Source: an uncultured Bacilli bacterium
GTDB lineage: Bacteria; Bacillota_I; Bacilli_A; RF39; UBA660
DNA: 64,000 nucleotides
NCBI GenBank assembly: GCA_934096815.1
Contig: CAKOMY010000002.1
Span: forward strand, 9,546-73,545
Direction of reading: 5' to 3'
Below, in pieces: positions 20,040-29,397 of the stretch. The notes beneath the pieces were generated by a model, which did not search any database, was not told where the DNA came from, and saw nothing but the letters and a program-made list of their open reading frames with translations. Positions within the stretch are counted from its first letter, which is position 1; each line of letters opens with the position of its first letter. The position numbers were made by a program, and so were the translations under genes.

Positions 20040-21317
20040 TTGGAGTGGTTAATAATGCTTATAAATAGTAAAAATTATGGCAGTTACAATTTACATACAA
20101 TTAAAACAGATAGATTTAAAACTTGTCATGTTGAAGTTGTATTTAGAAATAATGTAAATGTAGAAGAACTAACAATTAGAAATGTTTTATTTGATACATT
20201 GTTAGAAGGTAGTAAAAATTATGAAACTAATAGATTATTAAATTTAAAATTAGAAGATTTATATAATGCTTCAGTATATTCCGTAACTAGTAAAGTTGGT
20301 AATATGATTTTAACTAGTTTTTGTATTGATTTTTTAGCACCTAAATATAGTGAAGATAAAATAATAGATGAAGCCTTAAAGTTGTTATTTGAATTAATAT
20401 TTAATCCTTTAGTTATTAATAATGAATTTGATAAATCTAAAGTTGATTATGTTAAAATTAAACTTGAATCAGAGTTGAAATCAATAGTGGAAAATCCTAG
20501 GAAGATAGCAATAATAGATGCTTTAAAAACTTTAGGTGAAACTCCAACAAGTTATGAGACGAATGGTAGAGTAGAAGATTTATCTAAAGTTAATCAGAGT
20601 AATCTTTATGAATATTATGAAAAAGTTTTAAAAAGTGATTACATAGATATATATGTTATAGGTAATTTAGATCCTGATAAAGTTGATAAAATAGTAAAAA
20701 AATATCAACAATTTGATATAATTAAAACTCATGATGTAGATGTATATGTTAAAAATGAGAAAAGAAAATTAATTAAAGAAAATAAAACCACTAACTATTT
20801 TCAAACTAATTTAGTTTTTCTACTTAATTTATATAATTTAACAGATTTTGAAAAAAAATATATTGCTAATCTTTATAATATTATATTGGGTGGAGGATCA
20901 CTCCAAACTAAGCTATCTAAAAAATTAAGAATAGATAATTCTCTTTGCTATAATGTACAATCTTCTTATTTAAAGTATGATAATATGATTTTAATATCAA
21001 CAGGAGTAGATGTTAATGGAGAAACAAAAGCTATTAAATTAATTAAAGATGCTATTAATGAGATGAAGACAAATATTACTGATGAAGAATTATCAGAGGC
21101 TAAAGAACTTATTTTAACAAGTTTAAAAATGACAGAAGATTCTCCTAGTAGGATTATTGATAATTTACTTTATCGTGATTTGGGACTTATTGATGATTTA
21201 GAAGAGCGATTAATAAATTTTAAAAAGGTAACAAAAGAAGATATTTATAATTTAGCAAATAAAATAAGTATATGTACAATATATTCTTTAAGAGGGAGTC
21301 TAAATGAAGAAAATTAA
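20040..21317 (+). CDS. M16 (pitrilysin) family peptidase-like protein, non-catalytic subunit
   Basis: M16 fold-like length and organisation but no HxxEH motif; paired with the following gene. Confidence 0.55.
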   Translation: MEWLIMLINSKNYGSYNLHTIKTDRFKTCHVEVVFRNNVNVEELTIRNVLFDTLLEGSKNYETNRLLNLKLEDLYNASVYSVTSKVGNMILTSFCIDFLAPKYSEDKIIDEALKLLFELIFNPLVINNEFDKSKVDYVKIKLESELKSIVENPRKIAIIDALKTLGETPTSYETNGRVEDLSKVNQSNLYEYYEKVLKSDYIDIYVIGNLDPDKVDKIVKKYQQFDIIKTHDVDVYVKNEKRKLIKENKTTNYFQTNLVFLLNLYNLTDFEKKYIANLYNIILGGGSLQTKLSKKLRIDNSLCYNVQSSYLKYDNMILISTGVDVNGETKAIKLIKDAINEMKTNITDEELSEAKELILTSLKMTEDSPSRIIDNLLYRDLGLIDDLEERLINFKKVTKEDIYNLANKISICTIYSLRGSLNEEN

Positions 21318-22581
21318 ATTAGATAATACAGATGAATCTTTATATTATGATAAGTTAGATTGTGGTTTAGAAATTTATATGGTTCCTAATAATAATATAA
21401 ATAAATTTTATTTAACATTAAATACTAAATTTGGTTCAATAAATACTAAATTCAAATATGATAGTAAAGAATATGATATGCCTAAAGGTATAGCTCATTA
21501 TTTAGAACATTTATCGTTTAATATGGAAGATGAATCTGTGTTTGATCATTATGGTAAGATTGGTTCATCTATTAATGCTTTTACAACTTATGATTTAACA
21601 AGTTATAATGTAATGAGTAATAATAGATTTAAGGAAAATTTAGAGTATTTACTTGAGTATGTTTATACTCCTTATTTTACTAAAGAATTATTTCAAAGTG
21701 AAAAAGGGGTTATAGAAGAAGAAGTCAAAATGTATAAAGATGATCCAGGTATGACTATTGTTAATGGTACTTTAAAAAATTTATTTGTAAATGATGAACG
21801 TAAGTATTTGGTTGGTGGTACTGTTAAAGATGTTAAAAGTATTAAATTAGAAGATGTTATCACTTGTTATAATGCTTATTATAATCCTGAAAATATGTTT
21901 TTAGTTGTAACGGGTAATTTTAATGTTAATGAAGCTTTAGCGATTGTATCGGAAAAAATGAAAATATTAAATTTAAATAAAGATTTTAATGTTAAAAGTA
22001 TTTATCCGAAAGAACCGGAAAAAGTTTATAAAAATGAAGAAACAATTAAAATGAATATTGATAAACCAAAAATTTCTATTGGAATTAAAATACCCAAAAA
22101 TAATTTTAGAAATTTTAAGTTGGATAATTATGTGTTAAAGATATATTTGTCTAGTATTTTATATGCTAATTTTGGTGCAACATCTTTAATATTAGAAGAA
22201 TTACAAAAAGGAAATATTGCTGATGATCTAGATTTTTCTATAATTGAATCTAATGATTATTATATAATATTGTTTATAAGTTCAACATTTTATCCAGAAT
22301 ATTTTAAGGATAGAATTATTGACAAGTTTAATTCTTTAGAAGTAAGCAATGATGATTTACAAAGAATTATTAAAGTTAATATTAGTAATTATACATTATT
22401 GTTTGATTCAGCAGTAGCTGTTAATAATTATATAATTGATGAAGTAATGGATAGTGGAAAGGTTAATTCTGATTTTGTGAATATAATTAGATCACTTGAT
22501 ATCGATACTTGTAATAAAATTTTAAATAAGTTAAAATCTTATGATTATGCAATTTGTAAATTAATGCCAAATGATAAATGA
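21304..22581 (+). CDS. M16 family zinc peptidase
   Basis: GIAHYLEHLSFN contains the inverted zinc-binding HxxEH motif; 4-nt overlap with the preceding paralogous-fold gene. Confidence 0.65.
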   Translation: MKKIKLDNTDESLYYDKLDCGLEIYMVPNNNINKFYLTLNTKFGSINTKFKYDSKEYDMPKGIAHYLEHLSFNMEDESVFDHYGKIGSSINAFTTYDLTSYNVMSNNRFKENLEYLLEYVYTPYFTKELFQSEKGVIEEEVKMYKDDPGMTIVNGTLKNLFVNDERKYLVGGTVKDVKSIKLEDVITCYNAYYNPENMFLVVTGNFNVNEALAIVSEKMKILNLNKDFNVKSIYPKEPEKVYKNEETIKMNIDKPKISIGIKIPKNNFRNFKLDNYVLKIYLSSILYANFGATSLILEELQKGNIADDLDFSIIESNDYYIILFISSTFYPEYFKDRIIDKFNSLEVSNDDLQRIIKVNISNYTLLFDSAVAVNNYIIDEVMDSGKVNSDFVNIIRSLDIDTCNKILNKLKSYDYAICKLMPNDK

Positions 22582-22585
22582 TGAA

Positions 22586-22611
22586 TAGCGAACATAATGT
22601 TTGCTTTTTTA
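22586..22611 (+). terminator. Rho-independent terminator
   Basis: agcgaac-ataat-gtttgct hairpin followed by TTTTTT. Confidence 0.5.
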
Positions 22612-22657
22612 ATATATATATGCTATAATATAGACATATTTAAGGGGAAAAATTAAA

Positions 22658-23149
22658 ATGGAAAATATGATTATAGCATTTGATTATGTTGGAACGGATA
22701 ACAATATACATACTGAGGTATATAGACATTATAAAGAAGAACCATTTATAGTTAGTCCAAGTGTAGAGTTTGCATATATTCCAGCAAAAAGAATATTACA
22801 AAGAAATTTAGCATCAATTGTATCATTTAATGTTTATTATTTTGATAATGAAGGGAAATATATTAAAGAATCTTATTATATTTGTAGTAAAAAAAATAAA
22901 TATAAAAAATTTTTAAATAAAAATTATGAAAATGAAAAAGAAAAATTAGAACAATTGAAATTGAAAATATCTTTATTAAATATTCTTAGTAGAATTAATA
23001 AACATGCAAATGATATTAATGTTTCGTTAAATGAGACAGTCGGAGAATTTATGAACCATTCTCATCTTTGCAAATCAAGAAGTGAATTACTTACTAAATT
23101 GGATGAGTGGATATCACTACAAGAAGAAAGTAAAATTAAAAGAAAATAA
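22658..23149 (+). CDS. Hypothetical protein
   Basis: 163-aa ORF with RBS GGGGAAAAA; no recognised motif. Confidence 0.3.
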   Translation: MENMIIAFDYVGTDNNIHTEVYRHYKEEPFIVSPSVEFAYIPAKRILQRNLASIVSFNVYYFDNEGKYIKESYYICSKKNKYKKFLNKNYENEKEKLEQLKLKISLLNILSRINKHANDINVSLNETVGEFMNHSHLCKSRSELLTKLDEWISLQEESKIKRK

Positions 23150-23241
23150 TTTAATTACCGGCAGGGAAATCAAAACCCACCGGAATTTTTTAATATAAAT
23201 TATCATATATATTATAAATTACAAATAGAACAAAAATTCGC

Positions 23242-23269
23242 TTGACGGGGGGGCTTTTAAAGGTATAAT
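23242..23269 (+). promoter_or_regulatory. Consensus promoter with G7 tract (paralog copy 2)
   Basis: TTGACGGGGGGGCTTTTAAAGGTATAAT, identical to the 9643 and 24846 copies. Confidence 0.55.
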
Positions 23270-23294
23270 TTCACTATGGAATATGGTGATTTAT

Positions 23295-24788
23295 ATGAAT
23301 AAAGAAGAACAAATAAAAGTATATGTAATGATAGGAACAGTAGTGATGCTCTTAGTGATCTTTTCGGGAATAACATATGCTTTTTTTAGTGCCAGTAATA
23401 ATAAAGGAAGTACATCGATAGTAGAGGTAAAAAGTGGTAAAATGACAATAAGTTATGCAAATGGTAAAAGTAGATTGTTAGTATCAAAAGATATTCAACC
23501 AAGTGATAAGATAATAATAGATAAAACTTTTACATTAACAGGAACAAATACAACAAGTGGCTTAGCTATGCCATATAAGATAGGACTAAATTATGTATCT
23601 GAGTTTAGTGATGGACAAATACATTATTATATTAAAAGAACAAACGCCAATAGTAATATAACAAGTAATTTAGTAGGAACAGCAAATCAAACAATACCAG
23701 GAAATACCACTGAAACAGGATATACTACTGGGACACTTAAAAAAGGTAATAGATACTTAGAACTAGCAACAGGAGAATTTAAAGCAAACACAAGTAATCA
23801 AACAATAACATTTAATTTAAAAATCCAATTTCCTGTTACCGGAGTAAGTCAAGATAGTGAAAAAGGAAAAACACTAACTGGTGAAATAGTTGTAAATTAC
23901 GAAGAAACAGCAACTGATACCTTAATGGCTCTTTATGATAAAGAAACAAAGACAAATGAAGTATCAACAAGTGGATTATTTATTGATGATACTAAAGATG
24001 TAAATTTAAGATATACCGGAGCAACACCAAATAACTATGTCGAGTTTAATAATGAGACATGGAGAATAATTGGAATATTTAATGTATTTAATAATGAAAC
24101 TAAAAAAGTTGAAAAAATGATTAAAATAATAAGAAATGAATCTCTTGGATTATATTCTTGGGATACGTCTAATTCTAAAGTGAACGATGGAAAAGGAATT
24201 AATGAATGGAGTCAAGCAAAATTAATGTATGAATTAAATACGGATTATATAGACATTAGTAAAAGTGGAACAACTAAATGGTATAATGGTCCGGAAAATG
24301 CACAAAATGAAATTTATGAATATAGTAAAAACATAAATAGTGATTCGATGGATAAAATAGCAAATGTTAAATGGAATACTGGTGGAACAATATACGGAGT
24401 AAACGTAATTACTTCTTACAATCAAGAACGAGGAACAATTAATGTTGATAATCCGACAGATGGAATTGTTAGAAATAGTTATTGGAATGGTAAAATTGGA
24501 TTATTATATCCAAGTGATTATGGTTATGCATCCTCAAATGATATATGTAGAAGTCAGTTGAGTTCACCTGACTGTAAAAATAATAATTGGATTTTTATAG
24601 GTATGAGTCAATGGACAATAACTCCTTATAAAAATAGTAGTATGAGATCATTTAGTTCATTAGAACATGGTATTATAAATGATACCAATGTAAGCAATCC
24701 AAGTAATGTTCGTCCAACAATTTTTTTAAAAAATCATGTAAAAATAATAAGAGGAGAAGGAACAAATTCTAATCCATATCAAATATAG
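23295..24788 (+). CDS. Secreted protein, paralog family member 2
   Basis: Start moved to the ATG aligned with the other paralogs (MNKEEQIKVYVMIGT...); shares the conserved N-domain; mosaic C-region (middle like copy 4, end like copy 3) ending ...VRPTIFLKNHVKIIRGEGTNSNPYQI. Confidence 0.6.
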   Translation: MNKEEQIKVYVMIGTVVMLLVIFSGITYAFFSASNNKGSTSIVEVKSGKMTISYANGKSRLLVSKDIQPSDKIIIDKTFTLTGTNTTSGLAMPYKIGLNYVSEFSDGQIHYYIKRTNANSNITSNLVGTANQTIPGNTTETGYTTGTLKKGNRYLELATGEFKANTSNQTITFNLKIQFPVTGVSQDSEKGKTLTGEIVVNYEETATDTLMALYDKETKTNEVSTSGLFIDDTKDVNLRYTGATPNNYVEFNNETWRIIGIFNVFNNETKKVEKMIKIIRNESLGLYSWDTSNSKVNDGKGINEWSQAKLMYELNTDYIDISKSGTTKWYNGPENAQNEIYEYSKNINSDSMDKIANVKWNTGGTIYGVNVITSYNQERGTINVDNPTDGIVRNSYWNGKIGLLYPSDYGYASSNDICRSQLSSPDCKNNNWIFIGMSQWTITPYKNSSMRSFSSLEHGIINDTNVSNPSNVRPTIFLKNHVKIIRGEGTNSNPYQI

Positions 24789-24845
24789 TATATATAATAT
24801 AAATTACCATACATATTATAAATTACAAATAGAACAAAAATTCGC

Positions 24846-24873
24846 TTGACGGGGGGGCTTTTAAAGGTATAAT
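24846..24873 (+). promoter_or_regulatory. Consensus promoter with G7 tract (paralog copy 3)
   Basis: TTGACG plus G run, 16 nt, TATAAT; the whole 24786-24897 intergenic region is near-identical to 23180-23294. Confidence 0.55.
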
Positions 24874-24897
24874 TTCACTAGGATAAGGTGATTTTAT

Positions 24898-26457
24898 ATG
24901 AATAATAAAGAAGAACAAATAAAAGTGTATGTAATGATAGGAACAATAATAATGCTCCTAGTGATATTTTCAGGAGTAACATATGCTTTTTTTAGTGCCA
25001 GTAATAATAAAGGAAGTACATCAATAGTAGAAGTAAAAAGTGGAAAAATGACAATAAGTTATGCAGATGGTAAAAGTAGTTTATTAGTATCAAAAGATAT
25101 TCAGCCAAGTAATAAGATAATAATAGATAAAACTTTCACGTTAACAGGAACAAATACAACTAGTGGACTTGCCATGCCATATAAAGTAGGACTAAATTAT
25201 GTATCTGAGTTTAGTGATGGACAAATACATTATTATATTAAAAGAACGAATGCAAATGCAAATATCACAAGCAATTTAATTGGAACTGCAAATCAAACTA
25301 TACCAGGAAATATTTCTGAAACTGGTTATACTTTTGGAACACTTAAAAAAGGTAATAGATACTTAGAACTAGCAACAGGAGAGTTTAAAGCAAGCACAAG
25401 TAATCAAACAATTACATTTAACCTAAAACTACAATTTCCTGATACAGGTATCAATCAAGATAGTGAAAAAGGAAAAACACTAACTGGTGAAATCGTTGTA
25501 AATTATGAATCTGAAACTATTGCTAAAACAATTTCTAAATTAGATAAAGAAAGTAATGGACTTGAAATAGATGATACTGTAGATAAAAATTTAAGATATG
25601 TAGGAGTAAATCCTAGAAACTATATAACATTTAACAACGAAACGTGGAGAATTGTTGGCGTATTTAATAACATTACAACTATAGATGATAATGGAAATGA
25701 AAAACAAGAATCATTAGTAAAAATAATACGAGATGAACGTATAGGAAGCTATTCATGGGATAGTTCATCATCAGATATAAATGATGGTAGTGGAATCAAT
25801 GAATGGAGTCAAGCAGACTTAATGTATGAACTTAACTGTGATGGAACGTCTTCATCAAAATATTGTCGCGAAGATATAGCCGGTGGCTATTTATCAAACA
25901 TTACAAATGGAACAACTAAATGGTATAATACTCAGAATAATATTCAAGGTGCAACTTATTATTATAGTAAAAATGTCAAAAAGGAATATATAAATTATAT
26001 TGCAACTGCTAGATGGAATTTAGGTGGGGCAACATACGGCTCGAGTTCATTAAAATCATATAATGAGGAACGAGGAACTAACCATATAAGTAACCCATCA
26101 GATGGAATCTCAAGAACTAACTTTTGGAAAGGAAAAATTGCTTTATTGTATCCAAGTGATTATGGGTATGCTTCAACAGATTCATTATGTAGAAGTGATA
26201 TGCGTTCACAAACTAGTAATATTTATAATTGTCAAAATAATAATTGGTTATTCAATGGTACATATCAATGGACATTGTCTTCATTTTCTGATAGGGATAA
26301 AGCTATATTTAATTTCACTAATAAAGGGTGGGTAACTAATGTCGATGCATGTGCTAGTAGTAGCGTACGTCCAACTCTATACTTAAAATCTGATATTGTA
26401 ATAGTTGGAGGAACTGGAGAAAAAGGAGATACATATATAATAGATGAAATTAAATAA
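24898..26457 (+). CDS. Secreted protein, paralog family member 3
   Basis: N-terminal 60 codons nearly identical in DNA to the gene at 9695; C-terminal module ends VRPTLYLKSDIVIVGGTGEKGDTYII. Confidence 0.6.
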   Translation: MNNKEEQIKVYVMIGTIIMLLVIFSGVTYAFFSASNNKGSTSIVEVKSGKMTISYADGKSSLLVSKDIQPSNKIIIDKTFTLTGTNTTSGLAMPYKVGLNYVSEFSDGQIHYYIKRTNANANITSNLIGTANQTIPGNISETGYTFGTLKKGNRYLELATGEFKASTSNQTITFNLKLQFPDTGINQDSEKGKTLTGEIVVNYESETIAKTISKLDKESNGLEIDDTVDKNLRYVGVNPRNYITFNNETWRIVGVFNNITTIDDNGNEKQESLVKIIRDERIGSYSWDSSSSDINDGSGINEWSQADLMYELNCDGTSSSKYCREDIAGGYLSNITNGTTKWYNTQNNIQGATYYYSKNVKKEYINYIATARWNLGGATYGSSSLKSYNEERGTNHISNPSDGISRTNFWKGKIALLYPSDYGYASTDSLCRSDMRSQTSNIYNCQNNNWLFNGTYQWTLSSFSDRDKAIFNFTNKGWVTNVDACASSSVRPTLYLKSDIVIVGGTGEKGDTYIIDEIK

Positions 26458-26780
26458 TTTTATCAAAACAAAAAAAGATGATAAATATAGAAAACTTCAA
26501 TAATATATTTGATAAATTCCAAAAATATATTATAAATCATGGTTGGTGACATAAAAAAGGATTAAAATTCATAAAATTTTGTGCTGATTATTCTTGAATT
26601 TAATCGTATCATAAATATGTCGAAAGATAGTAATTTTGAAGGAAGAGAAACAGTTTAGCGACTAAGGAATCTCTTCTTTTATTTTATCTTAATATTCTTT
26701 AAATAATGTGCAATTCATTTTACACTATCTATGGCCCGTCAAGTGTAGTTAAAAAATTTTTAAAGTGAACCTACGTTTGC

Positions 26781-26808
26781 TTGACGGGGGGGTAAATGGC
26801 GATATAAT
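26781..26808 (+). promoter_or_regulatory. Consensus promoter with G7 tract (paralog copy 4, divergent spacer)
   Basis: TTGACGGGGGGGTAAATGGCGATATAAT; -35, G7 and -10 are conserved although the spacer sequence differs. Confidence 0.5.
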
Positions 26809-26838
26809 TTGACTATGATATAGGAAGGATAAAGAAGA

Positions 26839-28398
26839 ATGAATGAACAAAAAGTAAGAACAATTGTGGTTTTATCAATAATAATAATGATGATAGTGTT
26901 ATTTATTGGAATAACTTATTCTTATTTTACTGCTTTAAATAATAAAGGAAGTACATCATTAATATCAGCAACAAGTGGTAAAATGGTAATAAGTTATGCC
27001 GATGGATCTAGTAAATTATTATCAAGTGAAAATATACAGCCAAGTAATAAGATTTTAATAGATAAAACATTCACATTAACTGGAACAAATACAACTAGTG
27101 GCTTAGCCATGCCATATAAAGTAGGCCTAAATTATGTATCTGAGTTTAGTGATGGACAAATACATTATTATATTAAAAGAATGAGTACAAATAGTAATAT
27201 AACAAGCAAATTAGTAGGAACAGCAAATCAAACAATACCAGGAAATACAACTGAAACAGGATATACTACAGGAACACTTAAAAAAGGTAATAGATACTTA
27301 GAACTAGCAACAGGAGAGTTTAAAGCAAATACATCAAATCAAACAATAACATTTAATTTAAAAATCCAATTTCCGGATACCGGAGTAAGTCAAGATAGTG
27401 AAAAAGGAAAAACACTAACTGGTGAAATAGTTGTCAATTACGAAGAATCAGCAACTGATACCTTAATGGCTCTTTATGATAAAGAAACAAAGACAAATGG
27501 AGTATCAACAAGTGGATTATTTATAGATGATACTAAAGATGTAAATTTAAGATATGCAGGAGCAACACCAAATAACTATGTTTATTTTGGAAATGATAAT
27601 GAATTATGGAGAATAGTTGGAATATTTAATGTAACAGATTCAGAAGGTAATACAACAAGAAAACTAAAATTAGTAAGAGATTCAGCATTAGGTGGATACT
27701 CATGGGATGCAACTGGAAATAATAATCATGGATTTAATGATTGGACAGATGCAGATTTAATGAAAGAATTAAATGGAGATTATTTAAATACAACCTTAAC
27801 AGCCAATAAAACAAATTGGTACAATTCATATTGGGATTCTAGCACACAAAAACCAGTATTAAGACAAACAGGAACATTTAACTATACAACTGTCATAAAA
27901 GATAAATATCAAAACATGATAAGCAATAGTGTATGGAACATCGGTGGAAATAGTTATACCGATTCTACACCATATTCTATAAACTTATTAACTCAGTATA
28001 ATCGTGAGAGAGATAAAATAACCTATCAAAATAGTCGTCCTACCACTTGGATAGGTAAGGTTGGACTTATTTATGCAAGTGATTATGGTTATGCATCAAC
28101 TTATGCAGAATGTCATAAAAACTTAAGAGTAGGAGTAACTTATGATAAATCTACTAATAAGTGGGATTATTCTGGACTATGTAAAATAGATAACTGGCTT
28201 GCCAAGAACTCATGGTACTGGACATTGTCGCCTTACTCTGGTGACTCGTATCACGTGTTCTATGTGCATGGGGACGGTGCTGTCAACATCCTCGACGCGT
28301 GTCTTTCCAACAACGTTTTTCCGACAGTTTTCTTGAAATCTGATGTCAAAATAACAAGTGGAACAGGTGAAAAAGGAAGCCCATATATTTTAATTTAA
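26839..28398 (+). CDS. Secreted protein, paralog family member 4
   Basis: Divergent signal region (MNEQKVRTIVVLSIIIMMIVLFIGITYSYFTALNNKGSTS), same conserved N-domain, distinct C-region ending VFPTVFLKSDVKITSGTGEKGSPYILI. Confidence 0.6.
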   Translation: MNEQKVRTIVVLSIIIMMIVLFIGITYSYFTALNNKGSTSLISATSGKMVISYADGSSKLLSSENIQPSNKILIDKTFTLTGTNTTSGLAMPYKVGLNYVSEFSDGQIHYYIKRMSTNSNITSKLVGTANQTIPGNTTETGYTTGTLKKGNRYLELATGEFKANTSNQTITFNLKIQFPDTGVSQDSEKGKTLTGEIVVNYEESATDTLMALYDKETKTNGVSTSGLFIDDTKDVNLRYAGATPNNYVYFGNDNELWRIVGIFNVTDSEGNTTRKLKLVRDSALGGYSWDATGNNNHGFNDWTDADLMKELNGDYLNTTLTANKTNWYNSYWDSSTQKPVLRQTGTFNYTTVIKDKYQNMISNSVWNIGGNSYTDSTPYSINLLTQYNRERDKITYQNSRPTTWIGKVGLIYASDYGYASTYAECHKNLRVGVTYDKSTNKWDYSGLCKIDNWLAKNSWYWTLSPYSGDSYHVFYVHGDGAVNILDACLSNNVFPTVFLKSDVKITSGTGEKGSPYILI

Positions 28399-28401
28399 TA
28401 A

Positions 28402-28440
28402 AAAGGATATTGGAAAATAATAACAATATCCTTTATTTCT
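28402..28440. terminator. Bidirectional rho-independent terminator between convergent genes
   Basis: 10-bp stem aaggatattg/caatatcctt with 11-nt loop, flanked by A and T runs. Confidence 0.55.
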
Positions 28441-28996
28441 TTTTTAGTTTAAACCTATCTAATAATGTTTTTTTCTTTGTGATAATTTCATTTATTCTTA
28501 AGTTTATTAAATCTTCATCAGTTCCAAATACTTTAGCACAAAATTCTGGATTATGAAAATGATTTTCTAATTTAAGTAATTCATCTTTTGGAACTAATAA
28601 ATTTCTTGCCATATATTCCGCAAGTTCATTTCTTTGCATTTTTTCTATTGAACCATAACCTGTATGATAATTTATATTTTTAGAATTTAAATGAAACATA
28701 TAATAAGAAAGTAAATATAAAATTAGATATCTTTTATCTTTTGGTTTAAGATTTGATCTAATAACTATACTTTTATCTTTATTATTAACTCTTATGATTC
28801 CATCAATAAATGTTGGTAAGTTTTCATTTTCATAAACATTAAAATTAAATAGATCAGCAAGTTTTAATACTACAATTCTTTGAATATTAATATCATAATA
28901 TCTGTTTTTATATTCATAATTTTTATATACCTTAAATTCTTTTTTTATTTTATTAATTGTTTCATCTAATTCTTGTTTTGTTAATTCATCAATCAT
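28433..28996 (-). CDS. Degenerate ImmA/IrrE-like (DUF955) protein lacking the HEXXH zinc motif, paralog A
   Basis: Architecture I-x-V-N...R-x-R-[YF] then LLSYYMFH where HEXXH is expected, followed by the ELAEYMARNLLVP motif typical of the family C-terminus. Confidence 0.4.
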   Translation of the reverse strand: MIDELTKQELDETINKIKKEFKVYKNYEYKNRYYDINIQRIVVLKLADLFNFNVYENENLPTFIDGIIRVNNKDKSIVIRSNLKPKDKRYLILYLLSYYMFHLNSKNINYHTGYGSIEKMQRNELAEYMARNLLVPKDELLKLENHFHNPEFCAKVFGTDEDLINLRINEIITKKKTLLDRFKLKKK

Positions 28997-29017
28997 ATAA
29001 TTAATCCTTTCTAATTG

Positions 29018-29268
29018 GTTTATTGGATATTTCCAACTTATATGTATTTGTATTTGTTATTATATCATAAACTTTAGAAGAAACAAGTTCATATTTTCTT
29101 GTTAAAAAAGTATCAGATATTTTAGAACTAATTAATATATCACTTTTAATATTCCTTAAGTAATGTTGTCCTCTTTTATCAAAAACAAGTACTTTAACAT
29201 ATATGGTATCACAATTTTTTCGGTCTTCTTTAGTTAATCAAATTAAAATATGAATAAGCATTAATGTA
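29018..29268 (-). pseudogene. 3'-terminal remnant of a tmcAL paralog (product of a tandem duplication)
   Basis: About 250 bp, about 80% identical in DNA to 29985..30235 (C-terminal 85 codons of tmcAL) but interrupted by stops. Confidence 0.6.
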
Positions 29269-29397
29269 GAAGAAATTGTAAAAAATAACTAAAAAACAAA
29301 TATTTTTTACTTTACCTGTAATTTATATAATTTTATATGTCATATATATCAATACAACTTTTAATTAAGATTATTTTATCAATTAAATTATAACAAT

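Noticed and set aside
23150-23200. Terminator after 22658..23149 (accggcaggg...cccaccgg)
   Set aside because: The stem is imperfect with a 20-nt loop and a weak T tract, which is not convincing enough to annotate.
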